Shown: piece by piece, positions 24,666 through 38,022 of the stretch
How positions within the stretch are numbered: position 1 is the first letter of the stretch
Layout: every line of letters starts with the position of its first letter
Source: Octopus vulgaris
Taxonomy: Eukaryota
Direction of reading: 5' to 3'
Length of the DNA stretch: 64,000 nt
NCBI GenBank assembly: GCA_951406725.2
Contig: OX597819.1
Span: 84,754,001-84,818,000, forward strand
The notes under the pieces: model-generated
Databases searched by the model: none
The model's input: the letters and a program-made list of their open reading frames with translations, nothing else
What the model was told of the DNA's origin: nothing
Translations under genes and position numbers: made by a program

Positions 24666-27600
24666 TTCAAAATCATATGTGTGCGTGTGTATATTTATTT
24701 GAAATAATATATAAAGATACACGCACACATATATGTATAATGTAAGATTTCATTGTGGAAACTGAATTTGTATGTGTGTAGGGTATCATTATTTACCGCA
24801 TACACACGCATTTATGCATTATATTTGTGCATATGTGAGTATGGTATTAGAAAGAAATGTAGTCTTCTGATATGCTTATGATTTAAGTAACTGCGGCACG
24901 GCATGTTTAATGAAGTGCCGTTTCTAAAGAGTTAGGTTACCTAACCTATTGTATAAATATAATCACACATATTCGTGTGTTTTTAATCTCGCTGTGAAAT
25001 TAGGTCCTCGAGGAGGATTTTTGTAGTGAAGCTGTTAAAAAGTAAATAGGAATACCACGATAAGAAAAAAAAAATTTAATATAAATTCATAAATTAGCCT
25101 GTGCCAAATTTTGATACCATTATTGTTGAAAAAATTCGTTATTACTACATGTTGTTTAGCTTGCAAGTCTGTTTGATCAGAGCAGTTCCAGGCATGACCG
25201 TCCAGTCTTTTTTATCGTGTTCTTAGTGTATGTCTAGAACTATTCTGTCATGTATGCTTCCTTTTTTTTTTTTAAGTCTGTAGAATAATCATTTGGGGAA
25301 AATTTGGTTGGCATTTCTAGCAGATCGTTTGATCGAATGGAGGATTCCTCTGTAAAACATGTTTTTAGTCCCAGGTCAACCCCGATTTAAAAGATTTGTG
25401 ATCAGAGATGCTCCAATCATAACCATCCTGCCCTTTTTTTCATCAGACTCATTGCAACTGGGACTACATTATCCAATGTGTCCTTCTATTTTTAAGATAG
25501 TAGCATGTGAGGAAGCGAAATTTGGCTTCTTTTCTAGCAGGTTGAACGACTACGAAGAAAACAAGGATTATTATTATAATAATGTTATTAATAGTATTAG
25601 TAGTATCATAATCATATCTTGTTTCCAATGTCTATGATATATAATATACATGTCGTAAATAGTAATTCTTGTGTTTCTTATCGCTGTTTTCAACCAAGGA
25701 TTGTTAGTTTAATGCAGAAAAAGTACAATTCTGTATCGTGTTTCTTTTGTATGAAAGATTGAAGGCGCCATATTAAGGTCTAATTATTTTTCTAATGCAT
25801 TAAATAACATTGCTTTTGAAAATTTTAAAATATTCCTTTCAAAATATGCACTCAGTTTTAACATTTCCTAATAGTAATATAGCATTAATAGTTAATATTA
25901 ACCATATCTAACTAAATTTTAGTCAAATTTATAGCGGGGTTCTAAATGCATTATCATTTCTTTCTGCTGATTTAAAAAAATAATAATTTTCCTTGTTTGT
26001 TGTAAAAGAAAAGAAAATCGAAATTTATGTGCAATTCAGTAAGATTTTATAGCATTACAGAAATCGGATAAAATATTGCGATAAAATAAAGACGAGTCAT
26101 ACGTATGTTCACTGACTGAATGTGTAAAAAAAAAAAAAACAACAAAAACGTGCAGTTGAAAATTTTTAGTTAGCTTTTGGTGTTTGTTCTAAAGCTGAAG
26201 AAAGATTTTTTTTCTTGTTTATGAATTATATCTAATCATTACAATCTTAATATCCGCGCATTAACATATGGATCAAATTCTAAACTTCTTTTATACGCTC
26301 GTATCTCTCTTATCGAACATATCGGAAAAGCTCTTTGATTCCATTTTGCAGTCAGTCCGCTACTTATATAATTAATTTATTGAGAATATTGTTGCTTTAT
26401 GTGTGTGCTTATTTTAAAAAATTTCTGTTTTGTATAATTATTTTATTTATGAATATCAAAAATTTGCATTGTTTGATTTGCTTAGTATGTGTTTCATTGT
26501 GGAATGGTATGGAATCATCTTTCCAAGTATTGCCTATGAAAGAATCTGAAGGCCGTACAACTCTACTATTGTAGAGAATATTTGAGATATTTCCATTAAA
26601 AGGGGATGTAGAATATCGAATACCAAAATACCTCGCGGTATTTAGTTGAGACTTTTTATTGAACATTCCAAGTTCAAATGTCGCCGGGACCAATTTTGCC
26701 TGACAACCGTCCTGGATTGATGAATTAAGTACTATTAAAAAAGATAAGTTTATGAACTGTGAGAAGTGAAAATAGACGTTTACAAAAATAATTAAAAATA
26801 TGTAATCAAAAGAAGAATTTAAAAAAAAAATAGGCGGGGAAGATGTCCCGTCAGGTATGTCGATAGTCAAATTTATTGGAGAGAGAGAGAGAGAGAAAAT
26901 ATTCTGCGTATACACATATAGATACGACACATGTATATACGCATATTATTTCATACGTAAGCATACATATGTACTGATACGACACTAGTATATACGCATA
27001 TTATTTCACACGTAAACAAGAAAAATTATAAGGGAATAGTAATTGTCAGTACGAAGCAATACTAACAGTTGCATATGTATAAGCACACACATGCAAGCAG
27101 TAGTACGTGTGTATATATACGTAGACAACAAGAACGCGCACCAAACACGGAAGCTTCATCTTCTAAGAAAAGGGCACATTGAATACATTAAAAAACAAAA
27201 GACGAAGATGGTCGCGACTGGAATGCCCTTGATTATAGGTTTTGCCTGATTTGGACTGAACAACAATGGACTGGAGATGATGAAAGAAAGAAAAATAGTT
27301 GCGGTTGTGGCTGTTGAAAGGTCAATGAATCAACTCGGTTAACAAAGAAACGGAGGGTTAAGCTCATATGGGAATGTGGACAATGTATGGGTGCTTAGTA
27401 ATAAGATAACTTTACAACATTTGAAAATATAGTGTAGAGGAACTCCATGTGTATGAGTAAAATTAAAGGGAGCAAGTGTTCTTTAATAGAAGGGGGAAAA
27501 AAAGTTGTGATGCTGATAGCAGTGTTAAAATTGAAGGGAGCAAGTATCAGGTGATACCATGTACCTAACAGTAGTTTAATTTAACAAATTGAGTGGTTAG

Positions 27601-27939
27601 CCTACGGGTTGGCTGATATAAAGCATTATGAGAAATAACGATTGAGATATTCTAGGAAGAGGTTACCTGAACAGTACCCTAATGCTGAGCTTGCAAACAA
27701 TGCAGTAAATAATAATTGCATTTGTAAATGGTATTTAGTTTTAGTTGTTACTAGTGACCAAGACAAGAGGGTTCAGGAATGTATTTGATACTTATTGACG
27801 GACTGTGGTTAGGGATAAGGGATCGTCTGACTAAAAATGGTTATGTTAACTTCCCTGTTTTGATGACGGGTGTAAAAAAAATTAAGCTGTGTTAAATGGA
27901 AGTAGGTTTATTTTAAAGGGAATGTAAAGGAGGTGAGAA

Positions 27940-28180
27940 TATCTTCTCTTGGGGATCTATGAAAAGCAGTTGTCCATTGACAGTGTTAGGATTATTTGTT
28001 GCTAGTATCCAGGCAAGAATGTCACTAGGTGATTTTATTCTGGTTGTAATGTTGATTTTGGTTTCAGTTTGGATTGCCTGAATGGAAGAGGCAATTTGGT
28101 TCTTGACGTATGACTTGAATAGGTGTTGAATTGTTACTGCAATTGATTCTTGGAGTATTTTGAGCTGGTTTACTTTTTTA
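27940..28180 (-). mobile_element. Possible very old LINE APE endonuclease start
   Basis: LKILQ.NC...AIQ.ETK-like motifs across frameshifts; weak. Confidence 0.3.
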
Positions 28181-28859
28181 TGTAATAAATTAATATGTAA
28201 TGGAAATAAATACTGGAAATATATGAAATAAGAGAGAAAGCAATAAGAAGATATTTAAAAAATCATTTAATTCCATTACAAAGAATACGGTGATGGTTAC
28301 CAAACTGCTAAAATTTATCCAAGGAAAAGAAACCAGCTAAATGAAGAAAAACAGAGATATCAAAGAATTGTTAGAAATGTGGTACACAATTACTATTTAA
28401 AATCATATTTCTTGAAAGCAGTAGTTGTTCATTATTTGAAATTTTAATATCTCAAAGTTTTCTGTTATCTGCTTTGGTTCTTATTTGTCCTTTTTTTGTG
28501 TTTTTGATAAATTTTAAAATAAAGTATTTTAAATGAATAAATTTTAGTTTATTATATAACTATCTATATTCTGTACATGTCATGTTATGGATATTTTGTT
28601 GTTTTGATGTGTTCAGTAACAGAAAGAAAAGAAACTGAAGAAAACAAAACAGACTTTATGAAAGTATGGTTGTAGTCCTAATACACATTTTTGTTTTATT
28701 TGCAATGTTACATTCCATCTATCCATCCATCTTCTCTGTCTACTATTCCTGGGAAAGTCATGGAGATAGAGTTCTCAGACATCTCCTCCATAGGGTCCTA
28801 TCAGAAGCAACTGTCATTAGACTTTTCAGTTGGATTCTCAAGAGCATGACCAACTGACT

Positions 28860-29150
28860 GATGGGAAGCTGGAAACTGAATTGGATGCGAGAATTGTAAG
28901 CACTGGCATAGTCACAGGCTAGTTCCAGCATTCAGTCCTTAAAAGAGGCGAGGTTGGTAAAAAAGACAAAGTCGCTATCTTCAGTTTATGCTCATGAATG
29001 TCGGGTAGTGACTGAAAGAGTACAATCATGAAAACAAGTGGCTGAAATGGGATTCCTGTAGAGGATCTTTGGGTGTAGCTTGGAGGTCAGGGAGTCTCTC
29101 TAGGTTGAGCCACTATTTCTTCACATTGGAAGGTTACAGCTCCAGTGCTA
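28860..29150 (+). mobile_element. Degraded RTE (Expander/Rex3-like) fragment
   Basis: YAHEC.VVTERVQS*KQVAEMGFL*RI...RESL*VEPLFLHIGRLQL; homolog at 58405-58810. Confidence 0.65.
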
Positions 29151-29321
29151 CAAATACTCCATTCCAATTTTCAGTATTTCCTACATGTTAATATTAACAG
29201 AAAGAGAGCGTGTATTTCTTAATGTTTTCTGAATAGTTTATTAACACACCATTTAATAACCTGGTGGTGTTCTAGATTGGAGATCAGTGTTTACGATTGA
29301 TTTATTCGTAACCGCATTTAA

Positions 29322-29537
29322 CCCTTTAGAATTTAAATCAGCCATGCCTGGACAAAGTGTTCTAGCTGTTTTATGTTCAAACTAGCTATATCTGGCCTCT
29401 CACACCAATCTAACGATGTCATTCTAGAAATAGATGGCCATATTGTAAATCTCTAAATTATGAGAGAATGTATGATCTATTCAAGACAATGTGAATAAAT
29501 AAGGATTACATTTGACAGTAATCTGAATGCTAATGGG
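29322..29537. mobile_element. TTAA-flanked ~215-bp MITE (piggyBac-like)
   Basis: TTAA|CCCTTTAGAATT...AATGCTAATGGG|TTAA. Confidence 0.75.
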
Positions 29538-29596
29538 TTAACGATGAAGTGATACATATATGTGTATCCATATATATATATATATATAATATATAA

Positions 29597-29876
29597 CGTG
29601 GCTGATGCCAGCGCCACCTTGACTAGCTTCCGTGTCAGTGGCATGTAAAAAGCACCAACCGATTGTGGCTGTTCCCAGCCTCGCCTGGCACGTAAAAAGC
29701 ACCCACTACACTCACGGAGTGGTTGGCGTTAGGAAGGGCATCCAGCTGTAGAAACACTGCCAGATCAGACTGGAGCCTGGTGCAGCCTTCTGGCTTCCCA
29801 GACCCCGGTTTAACCGTCCAACCCATGCTAGCATGGAAAACAGACGTTAAACGATAATGATGATGATGATGATGAC
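29597..29876 (+). mobile_element. RTE 3'-end copy
   Basis: Near-consensus copy with (TGA)n tail. Other copies lie at about 7040-7268, 30955-31390, 32140-32307, 32725-32885, 33463-33760, 34637-34893, 42130-42505, 46140-46480, 47590-47790 and 59890-60110. Confidence 0.8.
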
Positions 29877-31423
29877 ACCCACATATATATCTGATCTCTG
29901 GATCTTGGACCTCACAGAAGTGATGACAAAGGACGAGAAAGACTGGAACTATGTGGTTCTTGAGAAGATCCACCTACCTTGGCAAAATTGAGATCTGGTT
30001 GAGCTGTGTGTGAGTGTGTGTGTGTTTCTTTGTGTATGTCTTTGTCTTTCACCACTGCTTGACAACTGGTGTTGGTGTGTTTACGTCCCTGTAACTTAGT
30101 GGTTCAGTAAAAGACACTGATAGAATAAGTACCAGGTTTTACAAAAAATAATATGTAATGGGTTTGATAAGTTCGACTAGAATTCTTCAAGGCAGCATCC
30201 CAGCATGGCTGCAGTCTAATGACTGAAAGAAGCAAAGAAAAAAAATGTGTGCGTGTGTGTGTGCGCAGAACTGGGCCCTTTCCCTAATTTTCTTCTTCTT
30301 CAAGATACTCCTATCACCTTAACTACAGCCCTTCCTTGATACTACTTACTTTTCTTACTACCCTGAACCATTTCACTTATTCACCTTTCAACCATCAATG
30401 CTATTCTCTCTACCCACACTTCTAATTTATCATCCTCTTCTTCACTGGGTTAACAGCTATCTTCCCCCACCAGCATGCATTTCCCATCCTTCTTGCACTA
30501 TGCTTGCCTCTCTCTCTCTCTTCCCCACCCACTCCTACAACCTACCCAACACCATCCCTCTCATCCTCCTCTTCACTGTTTCTTTATTATTGTTCTGCTG
30601 TTCAGTATTGTCAGTCATCTCCCACTGTCCCCTTCATCAATCTCTGGCTCAACTCATCACTTCCACCTTCACTTCTGAAGTGTGAGTTGTCATATAGTTC
30701 CTCTATAAGAATCCTGTTCTGGTCTGGTCCAGGATTTGTTGTTTTGTAAATGGCAAAGTAATGGTGGCATGAAGAAAGCATCTACTACATGCTTTAATCT
30801 AGTTGGTGTTAGATAGGGCATCCACCAGTAGACTATGCCTATGCAGACCCAGAAGCACAATGCAGTCTTTGGGTCCTATATCCTCTCAAACTGTTGAACA
30901 TTTGCCAACATTGAACATGGGTGTTAATGATGTTGTACATACATACATACTTATCATCATCATCATTTAGCATCCATTTTTCATGCTGGCATGAGTTGGA
31001 CAGTTTGACCAGCTGAAGAGCTGCCCAGATTCCACGTCTCCTTTGGCATGGGTTCTGCAATTGGATGCCCTTCCTAATGCCAACCACTTTACAGAGTGTA
31101 CTGGGTGCTTTTGTGCAGCACTGGCATGTGTGCTTTTACGTGGAATCAGCATGGGTACTTTTTATGTGGCACCAGCACCCACAAATCTGCAGGATAAGGA
31201 ACACTCGGGTGATGAGGGATGCAGGGTGCCTGCCTGTATGCAAGGATAACCACAATTTTACTTAGCTTCATCAGTTAATGTCCATTTTCCATGCTAGCAT
31301 GGGTTGGATGATTTGACTGGAGGTTGTGAGCCAGAGGACTGCCAAGCTCTGCTATCTGCTTTTGTAAAGTTTCTATGGCTGGATGCCCTTCATAACATTT
31401 CTACAAATATATGTGTGTGTGTA

Positions 31424-31466
<43 letters not shown>

Positions 31467-31513
31467 TAGACATACTTACACACTCACATATTATCATCAT
31501 CAACAGTATCATA

Positions 31514-31890
31514 GGCACAGGAGTGGCTGTGTGGTTAGTAGCTTGCTAACCAACCACATGGTTCCGGGTTCAGTCCCACTGTGTGGCATCTTGGGCAAGT
31601 GTCTTCTGCTATAGCCCCGGGTCGACCAATGCCTTGTGAGTGGATTTGGTAGATGGAAACTGAAAGAAGCCTGTCGTATATATGTATGCATGTGTGTTTG
31701 TGTTTGTCCCCCTAGCATTGCTTGACAACCGATGCTGGTGTGTTTACGTCCCCGTCACTTAGAGGTTCGGCAAAAAGAGACCGATAGAATAAGAACTGGG
31801 CTTACAAAGAATAAGTCCCGGGGTCGATTTGCTCAACTAAAGGTGGTGCTCCAGCATGGCCGCAGTCAAATGACTGAAACAAAAGAAAAG
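31514..31890 (+). mobile_element. tRNA-derived SINE (CORE-like), full length
   Basis: A box gtggctgtgtggt, B box gggttcagtccc, cttgggcaagt core-like motif, internal TA/TG microsatellite, 3' half ending gactgaaac..aaaag. Confidence 0.85.
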
Positions 31891-32334
31891 AAGTACTTTA
31901 ATGCCTACTTTTCGATGTGTACATAGTTTTGATGAAATTCATTGAGGCAGGTTTTCTACACCTTAAGGCCCATCTTATTGCCAACCTTTACCTGTTTCCC
32001 AGTGGTTAAACAAAAATAAAAGACACTGGTTATGTAATGGTTACATTCATTTATAACTTCCTGTGATGTCAAGAGAAGAAATCACAAACACCTGTATGCA
32101 TATGCGCATACATATACATATGTATACATACATATATATAAGCACCCAGTACTCTCTGTAAAGTGGTTGGTGTTAGGGAGGGCACCTAGCCATAGAAACC
32201 ATGCCAAAACAGACATGGAACCTCAACAGTCCTTCAGCTGGTCGGCTCCTTTCAAACTGTCCAACCCATGCCAGCATGGAAAACGAACATTACATGATGA
32301 TGATGATAAGATTATACATATATAATGTATATAT

Positions 32335-32722
32335 GGAGTGGCTGTGTGGTAAGTAGCTTGCTAACCAACCACACGATTGCGGGTTCAGTCCCACTGCGTG
32401 GCATCTTGGGCAAGTTTCTTCTGCTATAGCCCCGGGCTGACCAATGCCTTGTGAATGGATTTGGTAGACGGAAACTGAAAGAAGCCTGTCGTATATATGT
32501 ATATATATATATGTGTGTGTGTGTGTCTGTTTGTCCCCCTAGCATTGCTTGACAACCGATGCTGGTGTGTTTACGTCCCCGTCACTTAGCGGTTCGGCAA
32601 AAGAGACCGATAGAATAAGTACTGGGCTTACAAAGAATAAGTCCCGGGGTCGATTTGATCGACTAAAGGCGGTGCTCCAGCATGGCCGCAGTCAAATGAC
32701 TGAAACGAGTAAAAGAGAGAGT
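32335..32722 (+). mobile_element. tRNA-derived SINE, near-identical to 31514-31890
   Basis: Direct sequence match along the whole length. Confidence 0.85.
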
Positions 32723-32901
32723 ATATCATCATCATCATCATAATCATTGTTTAACGTCTGGCTTCCATGCTGGCATGGGTGGGATGGTTTGACAGAAGCC
32801 TGCACCAGACTTCTGTGACTGTTCGGCAGGATTTTTACAGCTTGATGCCCTTCCTAACACCAATCTCCCAGCAGAGTGGGTAGTGTTATATATTATTATT
32901 G

Positions 32902-32941
<40 letters not shown>

Positions 32942-32974
32942 GTGTGTGTATATATATATATGTATACAGCAATT

Positions 32975-33145
32975 CCTCAACTATTGTGGTTGTTACATTC
33001 CAAAATCTGAGTATACCATGAGGTTTCCAGACATGAGTTCTACTCGTGTCAAATTCCATCATAATCGATAAAACGATGTAGGAGGAATTAACTAACAACC
33101 CTACAAACACACCCACAGACAGAATTTCCCACATATGTAGTAGAT
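32975..33145 (-). mobile_element. Probable Helitron 5'-end fragment
   Basis: Minus strand reads atctactacatatgtgggaaattctgtctgt...atcgatt..aatttgacac; related sequence at about 50580-50700. Confidence 0.4.
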
Positions 33146-33788
33146 ACATATATATAAGAAGGAAAGGATCAAAGGTCCTTCTTAAACCATACCTCATAAG
33201 ATTGGTTTCCTGGTTTCTGTGGTGTACCTATTCCCTCGTGAATAGGATTCCAATCCATTGCAGGATTAATATTTTTGCTGGCTGACTGAACTGGAGCAAT
33301 GTGAAATGAAGTGTTTTCTGGTCAAGAACACAATCCATCACCTGGTTCAGGAATTGAAACCACAATCCTATGATTAAGAGTGCAACTCCCGAACCACTAA
33401 GCCATGTATCTCCATATATATATATTGTGTGTGTGTGTGTATATATATATATACACACAGACATCATTTAACGTCCTCTTTCCATGCTGGCATGGTTGCA
33501 TAGTTTGACTGAGAACTGGTAAGCCGGGGAACTGCACCAGGTTCTGATCTGATTTGGCAAGGTTTCTATAGCTGGATGCTCTTCCTAATGTCAACCACTC
33601 TGAGAGTAGTGGGTCATTTTTATGTGCCACTGGTAAAGGTGCCATTGACCTGACACCAGCATTGGCCATGACTACAGTTTCACTTGGCTTGACAGGTCTA
33701 CACAAAAACAGTATATCACCAAAGATCTTGGTTACCTGTCACTGCCTCCATGAGATGCAGCAATATATACTCATACGTACATATATGT

Positions 33789-34095
33789 GGAGGCACATGG
33801 CCTAGTGGTTAGAGCAGCGGACTCGCAGTTGAGGGTTTGCCGGTTTGAATCTCAGACTGGGTGATATGTGTGTTTATGAGCGAAACACCTTAGCACCATG
33901 CAGATCCAGCAGAAGGTAATGGCGAACTTCTGCTGACTCTTTCGCCACAACTTTCTCTCACTCTTTCCTCCTGCAACTTGCAGCTCACATGTGATGGTCC
34001 TGCGTCCCATCCAGGTGGGGAACCTATACGCCAAGGAAACCAGGAAACCGGCCCTTATGAGCCAGACGTGGCTCAAGAAGGAAAAACAACAACAA
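33789..34095 (+). mobile_element. Second tRNA-derived SINE family
   Basis: ggcctagtggttagagc (A box), ggtttgaatctc (B box), (CAA)n tail. Related heads at 53228-53550 (+), 36660-36870 (+) and 33190-33412 (-). Confidence 0.7.
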
Positions 34096-34149
34096 TATAT
34101 ATATATATATAATAATAGTGTTCATCTAATGACCAGAGACATCACATGG

Positions 34150-34420
34150 GAGAAGATGGGTCACAGTTCATCCAGCTTTGGCTGATCAGGCCAATATATG
34201 GTCTGGACTTTGCACAGCTCATGTTTTCTTTGTGCTCCTGCGATCCTACTCTGTTCATAGGAGGTGGCACCTCTGTTGGTGTAGCTACTTCAGGCTGGAT
34301 GGTCTTATGCTTGGATTTCCCAGGTGTCTGGAAGCACTTCTGTGGGGTTTTGAGTGTATCTTTGAAGCACTTTTTCTGCCCACCCTGTGTGCACTTGCCT
34401 TCTACTAATTCCCTGTAAAA
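34150..34420 (-). mobile_element. Degraded RTE/BovB-like 3' fragment
   Basis: Frameshifted G.R..GGQKKCFKDTLK...WE..A.D...W motif, typical of RTE C-termini. Confidence 0.5.
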
Positions 34421-34895
34421 CAGTATTTTGAGTAGTTGTGTTTATATGTGTACACACACACACAAAAGCATATCTTTTATCTTTTACTTGTTTCAATCAT
34501 TTGACTGCAGCCATGCTGGGGCACTGTTTTGGAGGGTTTTAGTTGAACAAGGACTTATTTTTTAGGCCTAGTTCTTATTCTATTATGCTGAACCGCTAAG
34601 TCAAGCAGTGGTGGGAGATATATACATATACATATATTGCCAGTGGCACATGAAAAGCACCATTCGAACATGGTCGATGCCAATACTGCCTGACTGGCCC
34701 TCATGTCGGTAGCATGTAAAAAGCACTCCCTACACTCTTGGAGTGGTTGGTGTTAGGAAGGCATCCAGCTGTAGAAACTTTACCAGATTAGATTGGAACC
34801 TGGTGCAGCCTTCTGGCTTGCCAGCCCTCAGCCAAACCATCCATCCTTTGCCAGCATGGAAAGCAGACATTAAACAACGATAGTTATGATGATGG

Positions 34896-34938
<43 letters not shown>

Positions 34939-35424
34939 GTATGATGGGCTTCTTTTGGTTTACGTCTATCACCTCCACTCACAAGGCTTTTGTTGGTCAG
35001 AGGCTATAGCAGAAGGTACTTGTCCAAGGTGCCATGCAGTGGGACTGAACCTAGAACCATGTGGTTGGGAAGCAAGCTTCTTATCACACACCCATGCCTG
35101 CACCTATAAGAAAGACAACTGGACATGTGTGTGTGTGTGTGTATATATATTTAGATATATGTATGTAGCCAAAAGAAGTTAATTTTGTAACCACAGAGTC
35201 ACTGGTTTGATTCCAGTCATGACATCTTGTGCAAATATTATTTTCTATAGCATTGGTTTGATCCATGACTTGTGTGTAAAACTGAGGAAGCAGAAACTGT
35301 TTGGTGGATTGTACCTGTAATTAAAAACGTACAGCCACAACTGGACCAAACAACTGCATTCTCATTGTGTGGTATGGTTGGCCATTTTTGTTAGTGGTTG
35401 AGGGTATTGCAGAGACAGTAACAC

Positions 35425-35826
35425 AGGCACAGGCATGGCTGTGTGGTAAGAAGCTTGCTTCTCAACCACATGGTTCTGGGTTCAGTCCCACTGCGTGTCA
35501 CCTTGGGCAAGTGGGTTTTACTATAGCCTTGAACCAACCAAATCTTTGTGAGTGGAGTTGGTAAACGGAAACTGAAAGCCCATATATATATATATATTAT
35601 ATGTGTGTGTGTGTATTTATGTGTCTGTGTCTTTGTGTCAGTGTTTGTCCCTCCCACCATCACTTGACAACTGATTCTGTTTATGTTCCCGGTTTGGCAA
35701 AAGAGACTGATAGAATAAGTACTAGGCTTACAAAGAATAAGTCCTGGAGTTGATTTCTTTAACTAAAACCCATTAAGGCCATGCTCCAGCATGGCCACAG
35801 TCAAATGACTGAAACAAGTAAAAGAA
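35425..35826 (+). mobile_element. tRNA-derived SINE, same family
   Basis: Same head and tail. Further partial copies at about 19215-19425, 30020-30240, 34480-35105 (-), 51290-51670 and 57260-57415 (-). Confidence 0.8.
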
Positions 35827-36436
35827 TGGCCAACTCTGCAGTGTCTGGGCTGTTCTCAGAAGCAAGTACTTATACCTTTCCACTCTTGTATATATATGCC
35901 ATACACCATACAATCAATTCTTGCAGGATCTATGGATCCACAGGGCGAGTCACATATTGGTTAAATACAACCATATATACCTGCCTTAAGGGCCTTCCCT
36001 CTGGATTTTCTATAGGAGTTTACTTCATTATCCTTTTACAAAATGCACACTCAGTATATTATCCCACATGGCAGTAGGGGGTATATCATTTTAGTAGGCC
36101 TGGTTTTTTGTAGAGCCAGTTTTACTCTCTCCAAACTTATATTGGTCTGGTGCAAGAAGTGCCGGATCTGTATAGAGTTACCTTCACCTAGATAAGCAGC
36201 TGCCCTGGGTGTTAGGGTGTCTATCATTGACCTTGGAGGCAATTTTGTGACATCCTAATTGATCCCTAGCATGAACCTTAATAGATGGTACTACTCTAGC
36301 TAAGAGTAGATGTGGGAACAGTACAGGCTAGGAAGTGGTTTCATGTGCATCAAGAGCTTGGACCCATTGAACTAGTGCTACACTACTGGATAAAGTTTGA
36401 AGTCTAACCCAGGAGCCATGTGTGTGCCTGTATATA

Positions 36437-36471
<35 letters not shown>

Positions 36472-36949
36472 AATTAAATATAAAATATAAATTACAAAGT
36501 GGGACAAGAACGCAAAAACACACAAAGAGACGACACAAAAAAACAGATGGGTCACCCAAAGCCTCTAATCTTCAGTCGGAACCGGATCATCTTAGCAATT
36601 TCGGCTGTTTATATATATATATGCACATACACATATATTTACACACACGCAAACTTTTGGAGGCACATAGCTTAGGGGTTAAGGTATTAGTCACAAGATC
36701 GTAGGATAAAGGTTTTCATTCCTGGACTGTGCAGTGTGTTGTGTTCTTGATAAAAACACTTCATGTTATGTTGCTCTAGTCCACTTGCAAAAATGAATAA
36801 TCCCGTAATGGATTGGCATTCTGTCCAGTAGGGAATATATCATTCACAGAAATTGGGAAACTGCCCCTATTAGTCTTGGAAAAGAGTTTTAAGTTTTATG
36901 TGTGTGTGTGTGTATATATATATTTATGTGTGTGTGTGTGTGTGTGTAT

Positions 36950-38022
36950 ATCATCATCATCATGATTTAACATCCACTTTCCATGCTAGCATGGGTTGGA
37001 CGATTTGACTGAGGACTGGCAAACCAGATGGCTGCACCAGGCTCCAATCTGATCTGGCAGATTTTCTACAGCCGGATGCCCTTCCTAATGCCAACCACTC
37101 TGAGAGTGTAGTGGGTACTTTTACGTGCTACCGAAATGAGGGCCAGTCTGGCAGTACTGGCAACAGTCACACTCAAATGGTGTTTTTCCAGCAGCACTGG
37201 CAATGACCTCGCTCGAATGTCTTGTTCACGTACCACCGGCACAAGTGCCAGTAAGGCAACACAGGTAATGATCACGCTCAAATGGTGCTTTTTACGTACC
37301 ACTGGCATGGAAGCCAGACAGCTGCTCTGGCAGTGATCCTGCTCAGATGGAGCTGTTAGTGCTCCACTGGCACGTGTGTCAGTTATCGAATTTGGTTCAG
37401 TTTTGATTTCACTTGCTCCTACAGGTTTTCGCAAGCAGAGTTTAGTGTCCAATGAAGGAAGGTTGGCATGGGTGCCAGTTGAATTTGGTTTGATTTCGAA
37501 TTCAATTTCGATTTCACTTGCCTCAACAGGTCTTCGCAAGCAGAGTTTTGTGTCCAAAGCAAAGGTACGCATAAGTGGGCTGGCTACACCCTTGGTAAAG
37601 GCCATGGGTTATGATCTTACTTGGCTTGTCGGGTCTTCTCAAGCACAGCATATTTCCAAAGGTCTCAGTCACTAGTCATTGCCTCGGTGAGGCCTAATGG
37701 TTGAAGGTCGTGCTTCACCACCTCATCCCAGGTTTTCCTGGGTCTACCTCTTCCACTGGTTCCCTCCACCACTAGGGTGTGGCACTTTTTCACACAGCTA
37801 TCCTCATCCATTCTCGCCACATGACCATACCAGCACAATCGTTTCTCTTGCACACCACAACTGAAGCTTCTTAGGTCCAACTTTTCTCTCTAGGTACTTA
37901 CACTGTCGAGTATGTACATACATTACACATCCATTGGAGCATACTGGCTTCATTCCTTGCAAGCTTATGTATATCCTCAGCAGTCATGGCCCATGTTTCA
38001 CTGCCATGAAGCATAGCTGTTC
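36950..38022 (-). mobile_element. RTE-clade LINE, 5'-truncated, same family
   Basis: RLCWYGHVARMDEDSCVKKC...GRGRPRKTWDEVVKHDL, plus 3' UTR and (TGA)n tail seen as (CAT)n on the plus strand. Confidence 0.88.

Noticed and set aside
26409-26930. 173-aa minus-strand ORF
   Set aside because: F/I/N-rich low-complexity translation of AT-rich DNA with no domain motif.
28215-28450. Possible MULE transposase C-terminus
   Set aside because: Only a vague resemblance; no catalytic motif or TIR found.
33789-33862. tRNA-like sequence
   Set aside because: A and B boxes are present but there is no paired acceptor stem, and it continues into a SINE body and tail; likewise 31514 and 53228.
35830-36410. Possible decayed LINE/RNase H segment
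   Set aside because: Looks like old coding sequence but no motif could be read confidently.
36540-36610. CTGAAGA and GAAA motifs on the minus strand
   Set aside because: Could not build the hammerhead stems or a UH site around them.
37066-37605. 179-aa ORF
   Set aside because: Lies in the RTE 3' UTR and is not conserved as an ORF in the paralogous copies.
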